A DNA stretch of 64,000 nt. Source: an uncultured delta proteobacterium. Lineage in GTDB: Bacteria; Desulfobacterota; Desulfobacteria; Desulfobacterales; UBA5852. This document shows, piece after piece, positions 48,863-58,757 of this stretch (position 1 is the stretch's first letter; every line of letters starts with the position of its first letter). The stretch covers positions 14,313 to 78,312 of the forward strand of contig CAWKLN010000008.1 of the NCBI GenBank assembly GCA_963850465.1. The letters run 5' to 3'. The notes beneath the pieces were generated by a model that made no database searches, had not been told where the DNA came from, and saw only the letters and a list, made by a program, of their open reading frames with translations. The position numbers and the translations under genes are program-made.

Positions 48863-48878
48863 AGCAGATTGCATGCCA
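48863..48878 (-). promoter_or_regulatory. candidate sigma-54 (-24/-12) promoter
   Basis: The minus strand reads TGGCAT-gcaat-CTGCT with GG/GC in the correct register. It lies ~65 nt upstream of the zinc-ribbon ORF start, with an AT-rich tract just upstream. Confidence 0.45.
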
Positions 48879-49103
48879 GGGCGCCAAAAAAATAGAATTT
48901 TAAATGGCGCTAAATTTTAAAATCCATTGATCATAAGCGTTTATCAATCGATATGAGAGCTTTCCGATAGATTGGCGGGATGATACGCGAAGAAGAAACG
49001 CCTATTTAATAGACAGAAGCGCTGGCCCTCTGTCCATGGTCTGTACAGGCTGGATTTGAAGGGAAAGCTTCGATTGGCTATGAACAATCAGAGCGCCGAT
49101 CCA

Positions 49104-49571
49104 TCAGGCAATGACATAAGCACCGGTTCCAACGGCAATCAACTGATCAATTTCGTTTTTCAATTCGATGCGGGCGACGGCGACTTTGTTGCCGGTCCGC
49201 AGGATATATCCGGTCGCTTCAAATTTCTGACCGACGCCAGGGCGCAGGTAGTCAATGCGCAGGTCAATGGTTCCAAGTTTGCTGAATTTTTCCAATTTTA
49301 CATCCACCGGTTCCCCGGCAAGTTTTTTCTGAAGCCCCATGAATGCGGCCAGACCTCCGGTCACATCAATAACGGCGGATATGACCCCGCCGTGCAGCGA
49401 TCCTCTGATGTAATTACCAATCAGGGCATCATGCATATCGAAACGGATTTTTGGTCGATCCATATCCAGGGAATACACTTGAAGCCCCAGCACCTTATTG
49501 AAGGGAATCTTGTTGTCGAAGATATCACGAATCCGCTCGAGCCAGTCTTTTTTCGTTTCAGTGGCCATCAT
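49104..49571 (-). CDS. PaaI/YigI-family hotdog-fold thioesterase
   Basis: FNKVLGLQV...GSLHGGVISAVIDVTGGLA. 155 aa. Confidence 0.8.
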   Translation of the reverse strand: MMATETKKDWLERIRDIFDNKIPFNKVLGLQVYSLDMDRPKIRFDMHDALIGNYIRGSLHGGVISAVIDVTGGLAAFMGLQKKLAGEPVDVKLEKFSKLGTIDLRIDYLRPGVGQKFEATGYILRTGNKVAVARIELKNEIDQLIAVGTGAYVIA

Positions 49572-49800
49572 TCAAGTATTCTCGCTCTGGAGGGTTAATT
49601 GGGAAGAAAGAATAGCATGGCATAACCGTTCCCTTCGGGTATAGCTACCTATCCACAGGCGCTAGATGTAGTAAAATCAGTATTTTTCGTCAACTGTGAA
49701 CTGGATCGGTGTCGATTTCGGTCCTGCCACAGCGGTCTGCCTTGAGATAGGTTGACAATCTTTGGCGACAGGGCCAAAAATAAACCGATCGGGCCTATAA

Positions 49801-50631
49801 GTGAACCGCCAAAACAGGAGAGATGGTTTGTTTATCCTGAAGAAGATTGTTCAACCGCTGGTATTGCCTCCCGGATGTATCGTGATGTTGTTGCTGCTGT
49901 GGGGGATTTGGATGATCTACAAGAAGCGGCAGGCATGCGGGGTCGGTTTTCTGGCCGTGGCGGCGTTGATGTGGTGCCTGGGGCTGTCGCCATTGGCCGA
50001 CCGCTTGCTCCATGGACTGGAAAAAGTCCACCCATTGCCTTCCGATCCTCAAGGCGACGTTATCGTCATGTTGGGTGGCGCCGTCCATGGCGGCGCTTCA
50101 GATATGACGGGTCAAGGCGCTCCGAACCCGGAGAGCTGCGAGCGGATTCTGACGACGGCACGTTTGTACCGGAAAATGAGGTTGCCGGTGATTTTGACGG
50201 GTGGACGGGTTCTTGCTCATCAGCCCTCGATGGGGACGATCTACAAGCGCATGCTAGTCGATCTCGGGATTCCGGAGAACGACATCATTTTGGAAACGCG
50301 CAGTCGGGACACTATTGAGAATGCGCGCTACACGGTGGAACTGTGCCAGCAGAGAAAGTTAAAGCATCCGATCGTCGTTACCCATGCAGCGCACATGCCG
50401 CGGGCCGTTTTCAGCTTCGCCCATGCCGGCATGACGGTAACACCGTTTCCGTGTGGATTTCGGACCTGGCCGGATAAAACATATCATTGGCCGGATTTCA
50501 TGCCGCGCGGGTATGAGAACCTTGGTGCCGCACTGCACGAATATTTAGGTCTCTATTACTACCGGTGGGTGATTGGCCGTCATGCCATGATTCAAGGGGT
50601 CCGAGGCCGTCCCGGGAAGAATATGGCATAG
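49801..50631 (+). CDS. YdcF/DUF218 family protein
   Basis: N-terminal TM helices, VIVMLGGA, PVILTGG and SRDTIENARY. Confidence 0.8.
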   Translation: MNRQNRRDGLFILKKIVQPLVLPPGCIVMLLLLWGIWMIYKKRQACGVGFLAVAALMWCLGLSPLADRLLHGLEKVHPLPSDPQGDVIVMLGGAVHGGASDMTGQGAPNPESCERILTTARLYRKMRLPVILTGGRVLAHQPSMGTIYKRMLVDLGIPENDIILETRSRDTIENARYTVELCQQRKLKHPIVVTHAAHMPRAVFSFAHAGMTVTPFPCGFRTWPDKTYHWPDFMPRGYENLGAALHEYLGLYYYRWVIGRHAMIQGVRGRPGKNMA

Positions 50632-50687
50632 AAGCGCACGGTGATGCCATGCACACCTCGATCTCATTATTTCATCGATCGTGCATA

Positions 50688-51923
50688 TCAGCCGGGCACA
50701 GGAAATTGTTGGCAGAGAGCCGCAATTTCGCGCGCAATGCTATCCTGGATCGCTTTCCGGCGGTGGTTGGTCAGAACAGCGTCAATCCATGCCACGATAC
50801 GCTCGACTTCAGGTTCTTTCATACCCCGCACCGTGATGGCCGGTGTTCCCAGACGCAAACCGCCGGCAGTCGTGGGATTTTGCTGGTCATTGGGAATCGG
50901 GTTGCGGTTGACAATCAGGCCGACTGCTTCGAGTTGTTTTTCGGCCAGGTCTCCGGTCAGTCCCCTGGGGCGCAGGTCAATGAGAATCAGATGATTATCC
51001 GTTCCGTCGCTGACGATGCGATAACCGCGGGATGCGAGCGTTTGGGCCATACAGCGGGCATTGGCCAGCGTCTGGCGCTGGATCGCACGAAATTCGGGTT
51101 TTCCCGCCCTGTGGAAACAGACCGCCTTGGCGGCGATCATATTCATGGCCGGGGTTCCCTGGCAGCCGGGGAATACGGACCGGTCGATACGGGCGGCATG
51201 TGGACGTTTGCACAGAATTACACCGCCGCGTCCCCCCATCAGGGTCTTGTAGGTGGTGAAGGTGACAAAATCGGCATACGGAACCGGGCTTGGAATGGCT
51301 TCGGCGGCCACCAGGCCGGCAATATGCGCCATGTCAACCATGAAGTACGCCGAAACGCCGGCCGCGATGTCCGCCAGTCGACCGTAGTCGATCAAACGCG
51401 GATAAGAACTGGCGCCCGCGACAATCATCCTGGGTTGCCGTTCTTTGGCCAGTGATGCCACGGCGTTGTAGTCGATGCGTTCCGTCTTCGATGAAAGACC
51501 GTAATGTGAAAAATCAAAGCAGCGGCTGGTGATGGAGGCGGTTGCGCCGTGCGAGAGGTGGCCGCCGTGGGAAAGCTTCATGGATAAAACGCGATCGCCG
51601 ATATCCAGCATTGCAAAATAGACGGACAGATTCGCTGCTACGCCGCTGTGGGGTTGCACATTGGCGTGGTCGGCACCAAAAAGCTGCCGGCAGCGCGCGC
51701 CGGCCAGTTGCTCAAGCGCGTCGGTGTGGACGCAACCGCCGTGAAAGCGTGCTTTCGGATAGCCCTCGGCCGCCTTCATGGAAAAAACCGATCCCTGGGC
51801 CGCGAGAATACTGTCCGGTGAATGATTCTCGGCCGCTATCAGATTGATGGTGTTCTGCAGGCGGGAAGCTTCCCGATCGATGAGAACGCCTACTTCAGGA
51901 TCGTCGACCGTTACCGTATACAT
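50688..51923 (-). CDS. glyA: serine hydroxymethyltransferase (divergent)
   Basis: NLIAAENHSP, EGYPKARFHGGC, NVQPHSG, SHGGHLSHG, and the PLP-lysine region VTFTTYKTLMGGRGG. The ATG at 51923 is preferred over the longer ORF. Confidence 0.85.
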   Translation of the reverse strand: MYTVTVDDPEVGVLIDREASRLQNTINLIAAENHSPDSILAAQGSVFSMKAAEGYPKARFHGGCVHTDALEQLAGARCRQLFGADHANVQPHSGVAANLSVYFAMLDIGDRVLSMKLSHGGHLSHGATASITSRCFDFSHYGLSSKTERIDYNAVASLAKERQPRMIVAGASSYPRLIDYGRLADIAAGVSAYFMVDMAHIAGLVAAEAIPSPVPYADFVTFTTYKTLMGGRGGVILCKRPHAARIDRSVFPGCQGTPAMNMIAAKAVCFHRAGKPEFRAIQRQTLANARCMAQTLASRGYRIVSDGTDNHLILIDLRPRGLTGDLAEKQLEAVGLIVNRNPIPNDQQNPTTAGGLRLGTPAITVRGMKEPEVERIVAWIDAVLTNHRRKAIQDSIAREIAALCQQFPVPG

Positions 51924-52070
51924 AGTTTGTCTCCTCGCACGCCGCATGGGGATTACCCATATCGATAGGGATGATACGCCATGATGCACTTGACTTGCTG
52001 TTCGCCTCCATTGTACTTATCCGGAACAAACATTCAATAGCTGATACTTCCCGGAAGGGGACGCACACGA

Positions 52071-52661
52071 ATGCAAGAACGTACGGCGGAGGTGGAACGC
52101 AATACCCAGGAGACCCGCGTCAAGGCGCGGCTCAATCTCGATGGTCGGGGACACACCGATATATCGACCGGCATTCCCTTCTTGGATCACATGCTGACCC
52201 TGATGGCCGCGCATGGTTTTATGGATATCGACATTGCGGCCCGGGGCGATATTGAGGTCGATTATCATCATACGGTAGAAGATCTGGGACTTGTTCTGGG
52301 CGAGGCCCTGGATGGTGCTTTGGGCGACCGCAAAGGGATCCGGCGATTTGGACATGCGGTAACACCCATGGATGATGCCCTGGCGGAAGTGACGATCGAT
52401 CTATCCAAAAGACCCTATCTCGTCTGCCGTTTACCTGAAGGCATGGGGCCTGCCGGCCAGTTCGCCCCTCATCTGGTACGCGAATTTTGTCGCGCCTTGG
52501 CGACGCGCGGCGGGATGAATCTGCACATTAACGTCCGCTATGGTGACGACCCGCACCATATTATCGAATCCGTCTTCAAATCGATGGGTCGGGCACTGGC
52601 CCAAGCCGTCGGAGTGGACGGCAGGGTTAAGGGGGTTCGTTCCACAAAGGGCGCTATCTGA
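52071..52661 (+). CDS. hisB: imidazoleglycerol-phosphate dehydratase
   Basis: RNTQETRV, GIPFLDHML, HHTVEDLG and DPHHIIESVFKSMGRAL. Confidence 0.95.
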   Translation: MQERTAEVERNTQETRVKARLNLDGRGHTDISTGIPFLDHMLTLMAAHGFMDIDIAARGDIEVDYHHTVEDLGLVLGEALDGALGDRKGIRRFGHAVTPMDDALAEVTIDLSKRPYLVCRLPEGMGPAGQFAPHLVREFCRALATRGGMNLHINVRYGDDPHHIIESVFKSMGRALAQAVGVDGRVKGVRSTKGAI

Positions 52662-52766
52662 CGTATTCTGGCACCTGCAATCCATCCGAAAACGGTTTGC
52701 CCGTGATTATCTGATGTATACCTAGTTGCTTTTCCCCAACGGCAACCAACACCCGAAGAGAAATTT

Positions 52767-53447
52767 ATGAAGTTACGATGTTATATTTTGAAAGGGGCAC
52801 TGATTCTGGCCTGTTGTGCGGGGCTGTGGGCCTGTAAATCCAGTGGGCCGGTGACCCACGCAACCGGGGAGTTTGACGGTACGGGGAAAGTCCTGGTGTT
52901 GCCGTTTCAGAATATGGCCTGGCTCCACGGAGCCGATGTGGATGTGAGCAACCCTCTGACCGGCAAAGTATTCGTGACCGGTCCTGTCAGCGAGGGCGCC
53001 GATCGTTTCCTCACGGATCTGCTTGTCGATGCGTTGCAGCAGCAAACCGCGTTCCAAACAATACCCTCCCGGGAAGCGGTTGCCGTCATGGATGCGCTCA
53101 AATCTGCCGGGGCTTACCAGCAGTCACCGCTGAAGATGCTGGCCCAGACGGGCCGCATGTTGAATGCCGATATGGTGATACAGGGCTATTTATACCGTTT
53201 TAAAGACCGGGTCGGAGCGGATTATTCGGCGGAATCGGCGGCTTCCGTGGCGTTCGATGTCTATTTGATCGATTGCGTCGGACAAAAACTGGTCTGGTCG
53301 GGTTATTTTGATCAAACCCAGCAGGCCCTGACGGATGATTTACGCTATATCGGTACGTTTTTCCGGCGTGGCGGCCGCTGGATCACGGCAGAGGAAATGG
53401 CGACAACCGCTATGGACGACATGTTTAAGGAATTCAAGCAACCATGA
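52767..53447 (+). CDS. hypothetical lipoprotein between hisB and hisA
   Basis: Lipobox LWAC and VLVLPFQNM... The stop overlaps the hisA start (ATGA at 53444-53447). Confidence 0.65.
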   Translation: MKLRCYILKGALILACCAGLWACKSSGPVTHATGEFDGTGKVLVLPFQNMAWLHGADVDVSNPLTGKVFVTGPVSEGADRFLTDLLVDALQQQTAFQTIPSREAVAVMDALKSAGAYQQSPLKMLAQTGRMLNADMVIQGYLYRFKDRVGADYSAESAASVAFDVYLIDCVGQKLVWSGYFDQTQQALTDDLRYIGTFFRRGGRWITAEEMATTAMDDMFKEFKQP

Positions 53448-54184
53448 TCATTATACCGGCAGTCGATATCAAGGATGGGCGTTGCGTTCGTCTCCTGCAA
53501 GGCATGATGGACCGTGAAACCGTGTTTTCCAATGATCCGACGGCCATGGCACAGCGCTGGGAGGCTCTGGGGGCGGAACTCATTCACCTGGTCGATTTAA
53601 ACGGGGCGGTCGATAAAAAGCCCCGGAATCTGACCGCCATCGAAAGCATCCTGAACGGCGTCAAGGTTCCGCTGCAGCTGGGTGGGGGAATTCGTGATAT
53701 GGCCACCATCGAAAATTATATCCGCCTCGGCGTGTCGCGCATTGTTCTGGGCACGGAAGCCATTCGCAACCCGGACTTTGTCATCCAGGCCGCCCGGGCG
53801 TTTCCGGAGCGCATTGTCGTAGGCATCGATGCCCGCAATGGATACGTTGCCATTGAGGGATGGACCGAAACCACCGGAACAACAGCCATTGATCTGGCGC
53901 GCCGTTTTGAGGATGTCGGCATCGCGGCCATCAATTTTACCGATATTCATCGGGATGGCATGCAAAGCGGTCCGAACCTCGAAGCGACCCGGCAGTTGGC
54001 CGAAGCGGTCTCGATACCGGTAGTGGCTTCCGGTGGTGTATCCACCATTGAGGATATCCGAAATTTGTTACCGCTGGAACCTGTCGGTGTCCAGGGCGTG
54101 ATTACCGGAAAGGCACTTTACAGCGGCTCTTTGGATCTGAAGGAAGCCATTGCCCTTGTCCGGTCCGCAGGATCCCCTTCTTAA
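53444..54184 (+). CDS. hisA: 1-(5-phosphoribosyl)-5-[(5-phosphoribosylamino)methylideneamino]imidazole-4-carboxamide isomerase
   Basis: MIIIPAVDIKDGRCVRL, LHLVDLNGA, QLGGGIR, ASGGVS and VITGKALY. Confidence 0.95.
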   Translation: MIIIPAVDIKDGRCVRLLQGMMDRETVFSNDPTAMAQRWEALGAELIHLVDLNGAVDKKPRNLTAIESILNGVKVPLQLGGGIRDMATIENYIRLGVSRIVLGTEAIRNPDFVIQAARAFPERIVVGIDARNGYVAIEGWTETTGTTAIDLARRFEDVGIAAINFTDIHRDGMQSGPNLEATRQLAEAVSIPVVASGGVSTIEDIRNLLPLEPVGVQGVITGKALYSGSLDLKEAIALVRSAGSPS

Positions 54185-54310
54185 AGACCCTCCAACGCCA
54201 CTCCCGCGTGGTCGCTGGCTTGTTTATGGATCAAGGTTTTTCCGGAACCGCACGCATCTCCCGGCCGGGAAAAACGGGTATCGGCAACAAGCCTGCACCG
54301 AAATATTTAG

Positions 54311-54339
54311 TTGACAAAAATTAAACCATAATCTAGATA
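54311..54339 (+). promoter_or_regulatory. candidate sigma-70 promoter upstream of dnaG
   Basis: TTGACA-N17-TAGATA, ~150 nt before the dnaG start. Confidence 0.3.
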
Positions 54340-54487
54340 TGCACGTTTAAAGAATTTTTGTAATAACACTGTGGGAATCACTGTGACCCGAGTGAGATAT
54401 AAAAAACAGCCGGTCAATCTTCATCCTATCTAACATCTTCCCTCCATTCGTTTAACCACGCGTTTCACCACCGGGAGGAATTGCTGT

Positions 54488-56311
54488 TTGGCCCCTTTTA
54501 TACCGGAAGAAAAAATAGCAGAAATCAAGGATGCTTGCAGTATCATTGATGTGGTGGGCGAGACAGTTCTGTTGAAGAAGGCGGGTAAGAATTATCTGGG
54601 GCTCTGTCCGTTTCATGCGGAAAAAACACCCTCCTTTACCGTTAGCCCCGACAAGCAGATGTATTACTGTTTCGGGTGCGGTGAAGGGGGCAATGTGTTC
54701 AGTTTCCTGATGAAGCAGCAGGGGACGTCTTTCCCGGAAACGGTCAAAATTCTGGCCGAGCGAACGGGCATCGCACTGCCGGAGGAACGCCAGACACGGG
54801 AACAGAAGCGCCGCTTGAGTGAGCGGGAGGCGATTATAGAGCTCAACCATTTGAGCATGGGGCTCTACCGCAAAACGCTGCGCAGCGATCCACGCGGCCA
54901 GGCCGCACGCGCGTATCTTAACAACCGAGGATTCGGGCCGGATGTCATTGACACCTATAACATCGGTTTCGCACCGGCGGGTTGGGACAATCTGGCGCGC
55001 TATTTCCAGCGTCGCGGCCTACCGCTGGATCTGGCGGAAAAAGCGGGCCTGGTGGCGCGCCGCAGGCAGGGGCAGGGGTACTATGACCGGTTTCGCGAAC
55101 GGATCATTTTCCCCATATCGAATAATCGTGGCCGCGTGATCGCCTTTGGTGGCCGGGTGCTCGATGACACCCTCCCCAAATACCTGAATTCACCGGAAAC
55201 GGAGGTTTATCGCAAGAGTAATTCGGTTTACGGCATAGATATCGCCCAGTCCCATTGCAGGGCCGCAGAACTGGTTTATATTGTTGAAGGATATTTCGAT
55301 GTTATCGCGCTGCACCAGAACGGTGTCCAAAATGCGGTCGGTACGTTGGGGACGGCCCTGACCAATGATCATGTTCGAATGTTGCGGGGGCATATCGGCC
55401 AATCCGGCCGCGCGATTCTGGTGTTTGATTCCGACGAGGCCGGCATCAAGGCCGCGCACCGCAGCATTGATGTGTTTGCCCGGGAATTCGTCGATGCCCG
55501 CATTCTGGTTCTGCCCCCCGGGCATGATCCGGACACGTTCATGATGAAATTTGGCCCCAAGGCATTCATTGCCAAGGCCCGGGAGGCCAAAGGCATCATG
55601 CCGTTTCTGATCGATGCCGCGATCGAACGCCATGGGACCAGCATGGAAGGTCGCATCAAGGCTTTGGGGGATGTGGCCGAACCAATGGCCGCTTTTGAGG
55701 ATCCAGTGGCAAGGTCGGTTTATATCAAGTATTTGGCGGAAAAGGTCGATATTGACGAGGCGGCCATTCTGGAAAGAATCCGGCAGGTGGCTTCAAAGCC
55801 GATGACGGGCTCCCCGGCGGGGCGTTCGGGCCGGGAGACGCCGCCGGCATCGACGCAGATGAAAATTTCAGGCGGGAGCCGCATCGAGCGACAGTTGGTT
55901 GCCATGATGCTTCAATTCCCGGAAATCCTGCCGGAAGTGCGCAAACAAAATATTGTTGCCCTGATCGATGACCCGCTCCTGCGGGCGATCGGGCAGGATG
56001 CTTTGGACGGGAAGGATTCCTCTGTTTTTGCGGGAGACAGCCACGAAGGTGAACAAAACGATAGGCTTCGCCGGTTGAAAGCCCAATTGAGCCTCCACGA
56101 AGAGGTTTGGGATTATAAAGGCTGCCGGAGTTTCATCAATCATTTCGTGGCGACCCGACAGCGCCAGGAAGCCGCCCCATTGCATGAACAGATCAAACAA
56201 GCCGAAAGGGACCAGGACGAGGAACGCTGCCTGCAGCTTCTGCAGGAAAAACAACAGCAGATGGTCCGGGAGCATCTGAGAAAAGCAGGCTCCTCAAAGG
56301 AGGTGGACTGA
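54488..56311 (+). CDS. dnaG: DNA primase
   Basis: TTG start with GGGAGG upstream. Zinc-finger region CPFHAEKTPSFTVSPDKQMYYCFGCGEGGN and TOPRIM VYIVEGYFDVIAL...VFDSDEAG. Confidence 0.94.
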   Translation: MAPFIPEEKIAEIKDACSIIDVVGETVLLKKAGKNYLGLCPFHAEKTPSFTVSPDKQMYYCFGCGEGGNVFSFLMKQQGTSFPETVKILAERTGIALPEERQTREQKRRLSEREAIIELNHLSMGLYRKTLRSDPRGQAARAYLNNRGFGPDVIDTYNIGFAPAGWDNLARYFQRRGLPLDLAEKAGLVARRRQGQGYYDRFRERIIFPISNNRGRVIAFGGRVLDDTLPKYLNSPETEVYRKSNSVYGIDIAQSHCRAAELVYIVEGYFDVIALHQNGVQNAVGTLGTALTNDHVRMLRGHIGQSGRAILVFDSDEAGIKAAHRSIDVFAREFVDARILVLPPGHDPDTFMMKFGPKAFIAKAREAKGIMPFLIDAAIERHGTSMEGRIKALGDVAEPMAAFEDPVARSVYIKYLAEKVDIDEAAILERIRQVASKPMTGSPAGRSGRETPPASTQMKISGGSRIERQLVAMMLQFPEILPEVRKQNIVALIDDPLLRAIGQDALDGKDSSVFAGDSHEGEQNDRLRRLKAQLSLHEEVWDYKGCRSFINHFVATRQRQEAAPLHEQIKQAERDQDEERCLQLLQEKQQQMVREHLRKAGSSKEVD

Positions 56312-56397
56312 TCCGGCCGGGCAGTATCGGGGCAGATCAGCACCTCTTTTTTATCGAATGAATGCATCAATTCCACGTATGCAGGAGGCAAGTTTTT

Positions 56398-57351
56398 ATG
56401 GCAAAGAAAGCCGCGGCAAAGACAGAAGAATCCGCTAAGCAGAAAAAGAAGACCGAAGCTAAGGTCAAGACGGATGGGAAATCGAAGGCGGGCCAGCGGA
56501 AAAAGTCGGCGGCGGCCAAAATGCGCCCTGTCAAGTCTTCTAAGAAGGACGCTGCGAAAAAGCAGACCCCAAAAACATCCGCCAAGTCGGCCGCTCCCAA
56601 AACCACCGCCAAGGCTGCAACGAAAAAACGCGTCGCTGAGGTAAAAAAGGTGACGAAAACCAAAAAGACGGTGACGAAAAAGAAAGCCGCATCGGGAAAA
56701 GCCGTTGCCGCCAAGAAAGCGGATGCCCGAAAACCCTCGTCCAAAAAACAGACTGCTAAGCAAAAGACCACAGCGACGGTGAAGGCTGACAAATCAAAGG
56801 CGATGGACGCCAAACAGGTTGTCCAGTCAGAGGCCCCTGCGAAGAAAGTTGTTGCCACCAAAGACGCCCCCCAAAAAGCGAGCGTTGAAAACGGAGAGGA
56901 AGCCGTTGTCCAGGCCCTGGAAACCCTGGTGGCCAAGGGCAAGGCCCAGGGTTTTCTGACCTATAATGAGATCAATCAGGTGCTCCCCGACGAATTGATG
57001 TCGTCGGATCAAATTGACGATACGCTTATGATGTTCGATGAATATGACATCGAGGTGTTGGATGAAGAGAAGGAGAACCTGACCTCCAAGACCCAAGATG
57101 TTCAAAGCAGAAAAATGAAGACCGTTGATGCCGGGCTCACGGAATTTGGCACCGTCACTGACCCCGTCAAAATGTACTTGCGTGAAATGGGCAATGTCAC
57201 GCTGCTGAGTCGTGAGGGGGAAGTCGAAATTGCAAAAAAAATTGAAGCCGGTGAGCAGGAAGTGTTGCGAGCGCTTCTGGACACGACAACCGCGGTCGAT
57301 TGTATTCTTGAGACTGGGGGAACACATTCTGAACGGTGCCTTGCGGCCTAA
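56398..57351 (+). CDS. rpoD: RNA polymerase sigma-70 factor RpoD, N-terminal fragment of a frameshifted gene (Lys/Ala-rich extension, regions 1.1 and 1.2)
   Basis: The ATG at 56398 has AGGAGG upstream. Contains [13 protein letters not shown] (1.1) and [29 protein letters not shown] (1.2). The frame runs out 13 codons after the point where the overlapping frame picks up RpoD-like sequence. Confidence 0.85.
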   Translation: MAKKAAAKTEESAKQKKKTEAKVKTDGKSKAGQRKKSAAAKMRPVKSSKKDAAKKQTPKTSAKSAAPKTTAKAATKKRVAEVKKVTKTKKTVTKKKAASGKAVAAKKADARKPSSKKQTAKQKTTATVKADKSKAMDAKQVVQSEAPAKKVVATKDAPQKASVENGEEAVVQALETLVAKGKAQGFLTYNEINQVLPDELMSSDQIDDTLMMFDEYDIEVLDEEKENLTSKTQDVQSRKMKTVDAGLTEFGTVTDPVKMYLREMGNVTLLSREGEVEIAKKIEAGEQEVLRALLDTTTAVDCILETGGTHSERCLAA

Positions 57352-58627
57352 AAACGTCCTGAGAGATATTGATGAAGGGGACGCTTTTGTTGACGAAGTA
57401 GAACAAACGGGTCGATTTCTGCAAACCATCCAGGCCATCCGCGACATCCATGAAGAAAACCGTGTGTTTCGGGAGAAGCTTTTCCGGTCGAATGCCAAGG
57501 CGGATGAGCAGCGGCGCATACGGCGGGCGATATCCCGACGGACGCAAAAGATTTTTAGCCTGCTGAAAGACTGGCGCTTAGAAAGCAGTGTCGTTGAAAG
57601 AATGGAAAGTATTATCCGCAACCAGATCGCGTGGTTCGAATCAAGAAATAAGACGATTGCCATATATGCAGACGTCGTGGATGCGCCCCTCAATGAATTG
57701 CGCCTCAACTTGGCTTCTGAAACCCGTTTTGTCAAATGGGCCAAAGTACGCACCGACCTGACCCAAAAGGAACTGGGCCTGCTATATAAAGAATTGTGTA
57801 CCGTACAGAACGACCTGGAGGAAAAAGAAGGACAGATCAACGCCAATAATCGTATCCTCAAGCGTATTATCACCAGTGTCGATGAGGGACGGTCGCGGGC
57901 CAAACTGGCCAAGAGCGAGTTGACCAGAGCCAATCTGCGCCTGGTGGTGAGCATTGCCAAGAAGTATACCAATCGCGGTTTGCAATTCCTCGATCTCATC
58001 CAGGAGGGTAACATTGGCCTGATGAAGGCGGTTGATAAATTTGAATACCGAAGGGGGTATAAATTCAGTACCTATGCCACCTGGTGGATCCGTCAGGCGA
58101 TTACGCGTGCCATTGCCGATCAGGCCCGCACGATTCGAATTCCCGTCCACATGATTGAGACAATCAATAAACTGATTCGGACATCGCGCTATCTGGTACA
58201 GGAACAGGGCCGGGAGCCCTCTCCGGAAGAAATTGCGGAAAAAATGGAGATTCCACTTGAAAAAGTGCGCAAAGTACTAAAAATAGCCCGTGAACCCATT
58301 TCTCTGGAAACACCGATTGGTGAAGAGGAAGACAGCCATTTAGGAGATTTTATCGAGGACAAGAAATTCATGCTGCCTTCCGACGCGGCGGTCAGCCTGA
58401 ATTTGGCGGAGCAGACCCGCAAGGTCCTGGCGACCTTAACCCCGAGGGAAGAAAAGGTGCTGCGCATGCGTTTCGGGATCGGTGAAAAGGCGGATCATAC
58501 GCTGGAAGAAGTGGGGCAGGACTTCGCCGTGACCCGCGAGCGTATTCGTCAGATTGAAGCCAAGGCGCTGCGAAAGCTTCGTCACCCGACCCGCAGTCGT
58601 AAGTTGAAATACTTTATCGAGAGTTGA
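57212..58627 (+). CDS. rpoD: RNA polymerase sigma-70 factor RpoD, C-terminal fragment (regions 2-4)
   Basis: [71 protein letters not shown] and [30 protein letters not shown]. Meaningful sequence starts at ~57314 ([10 protein letters not shown]). Confidence 0.93.
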   Translation: MRGKSKLQKKLKPVSRKCCERFWTRQPRSIVFLRLGEHILNGALRPKNVLRDIDEGDAFVDEVEQTGRFLQTIQAIRDIHEENRVFREKLFRSNAKADEQRRIRRAISRRTQKIFSLLKDWRLESSVVERMESIIRNQIAWFESRNKTIAIYADVVDAPLNELRLNLASETRFVKWAKVRTDLTQKELGLLYKELCTVQNDLEEKEGQINANNRILKRIITSVDEGRSRAKLAKSELTRANLRLVVSIAKKYTNRGLQFLDLIQEGNIGLMKAVDKFEYRRGYKFSTYATWWIRQAITRAIADQARTIRIPVHMIETINKLIRTSRYLVQEQGREPSPEEIAEKMEIPLEKVRKVLKIAREPISLETPIGEEEDSHLGDFIEDKKFMLPSDAAVSLNLAEQTRKVLATLTPREEKVLRMRFGIGEKADHTLEEVGQDFAVTRERIRQIEAKALRKLRHPTRSRKLKYFIES

Positions 58628-58700
58628 AAATAATGAGGCGCCGTTAATTTTTCGCACCGGATTGCAAGACCATTGTCGTTGCTCGGGGCGTTTGGACGGC

Positions 58701-58729
58701 TTGACAAAACAAATCAGGGCAGATAGTAC
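58701..58729 (+). promoter_or_regulatory. candidate promoter for the tRNA gene
   Basis: TTGACA-N17-TAGTAC, ending ~29 nt before the tRNA 5' end. Confidence 0.3.
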
Positions 58730-58757
58730 AGGTGACGCTCTTTTTTGGGCTTTTTGG

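Noticed and set aside
56398-56880. Lys/Ala-rich region as a separate histone-like gene
   Set aside because: There is no stop codon between it and sigma-70 region 1.1, so the same frame continues. It is therefore treated as an N-terminal extension of RpoD.
56367-58014. Long minus-strand ORFs (56367-56942 and 56827-58014) antisense to rpoD
   Set aside because: The + strand encodes all conserved sigma-70 regions. The antisense products are low-complexity mirror images of the Lys/Ala-rich and helical regions.
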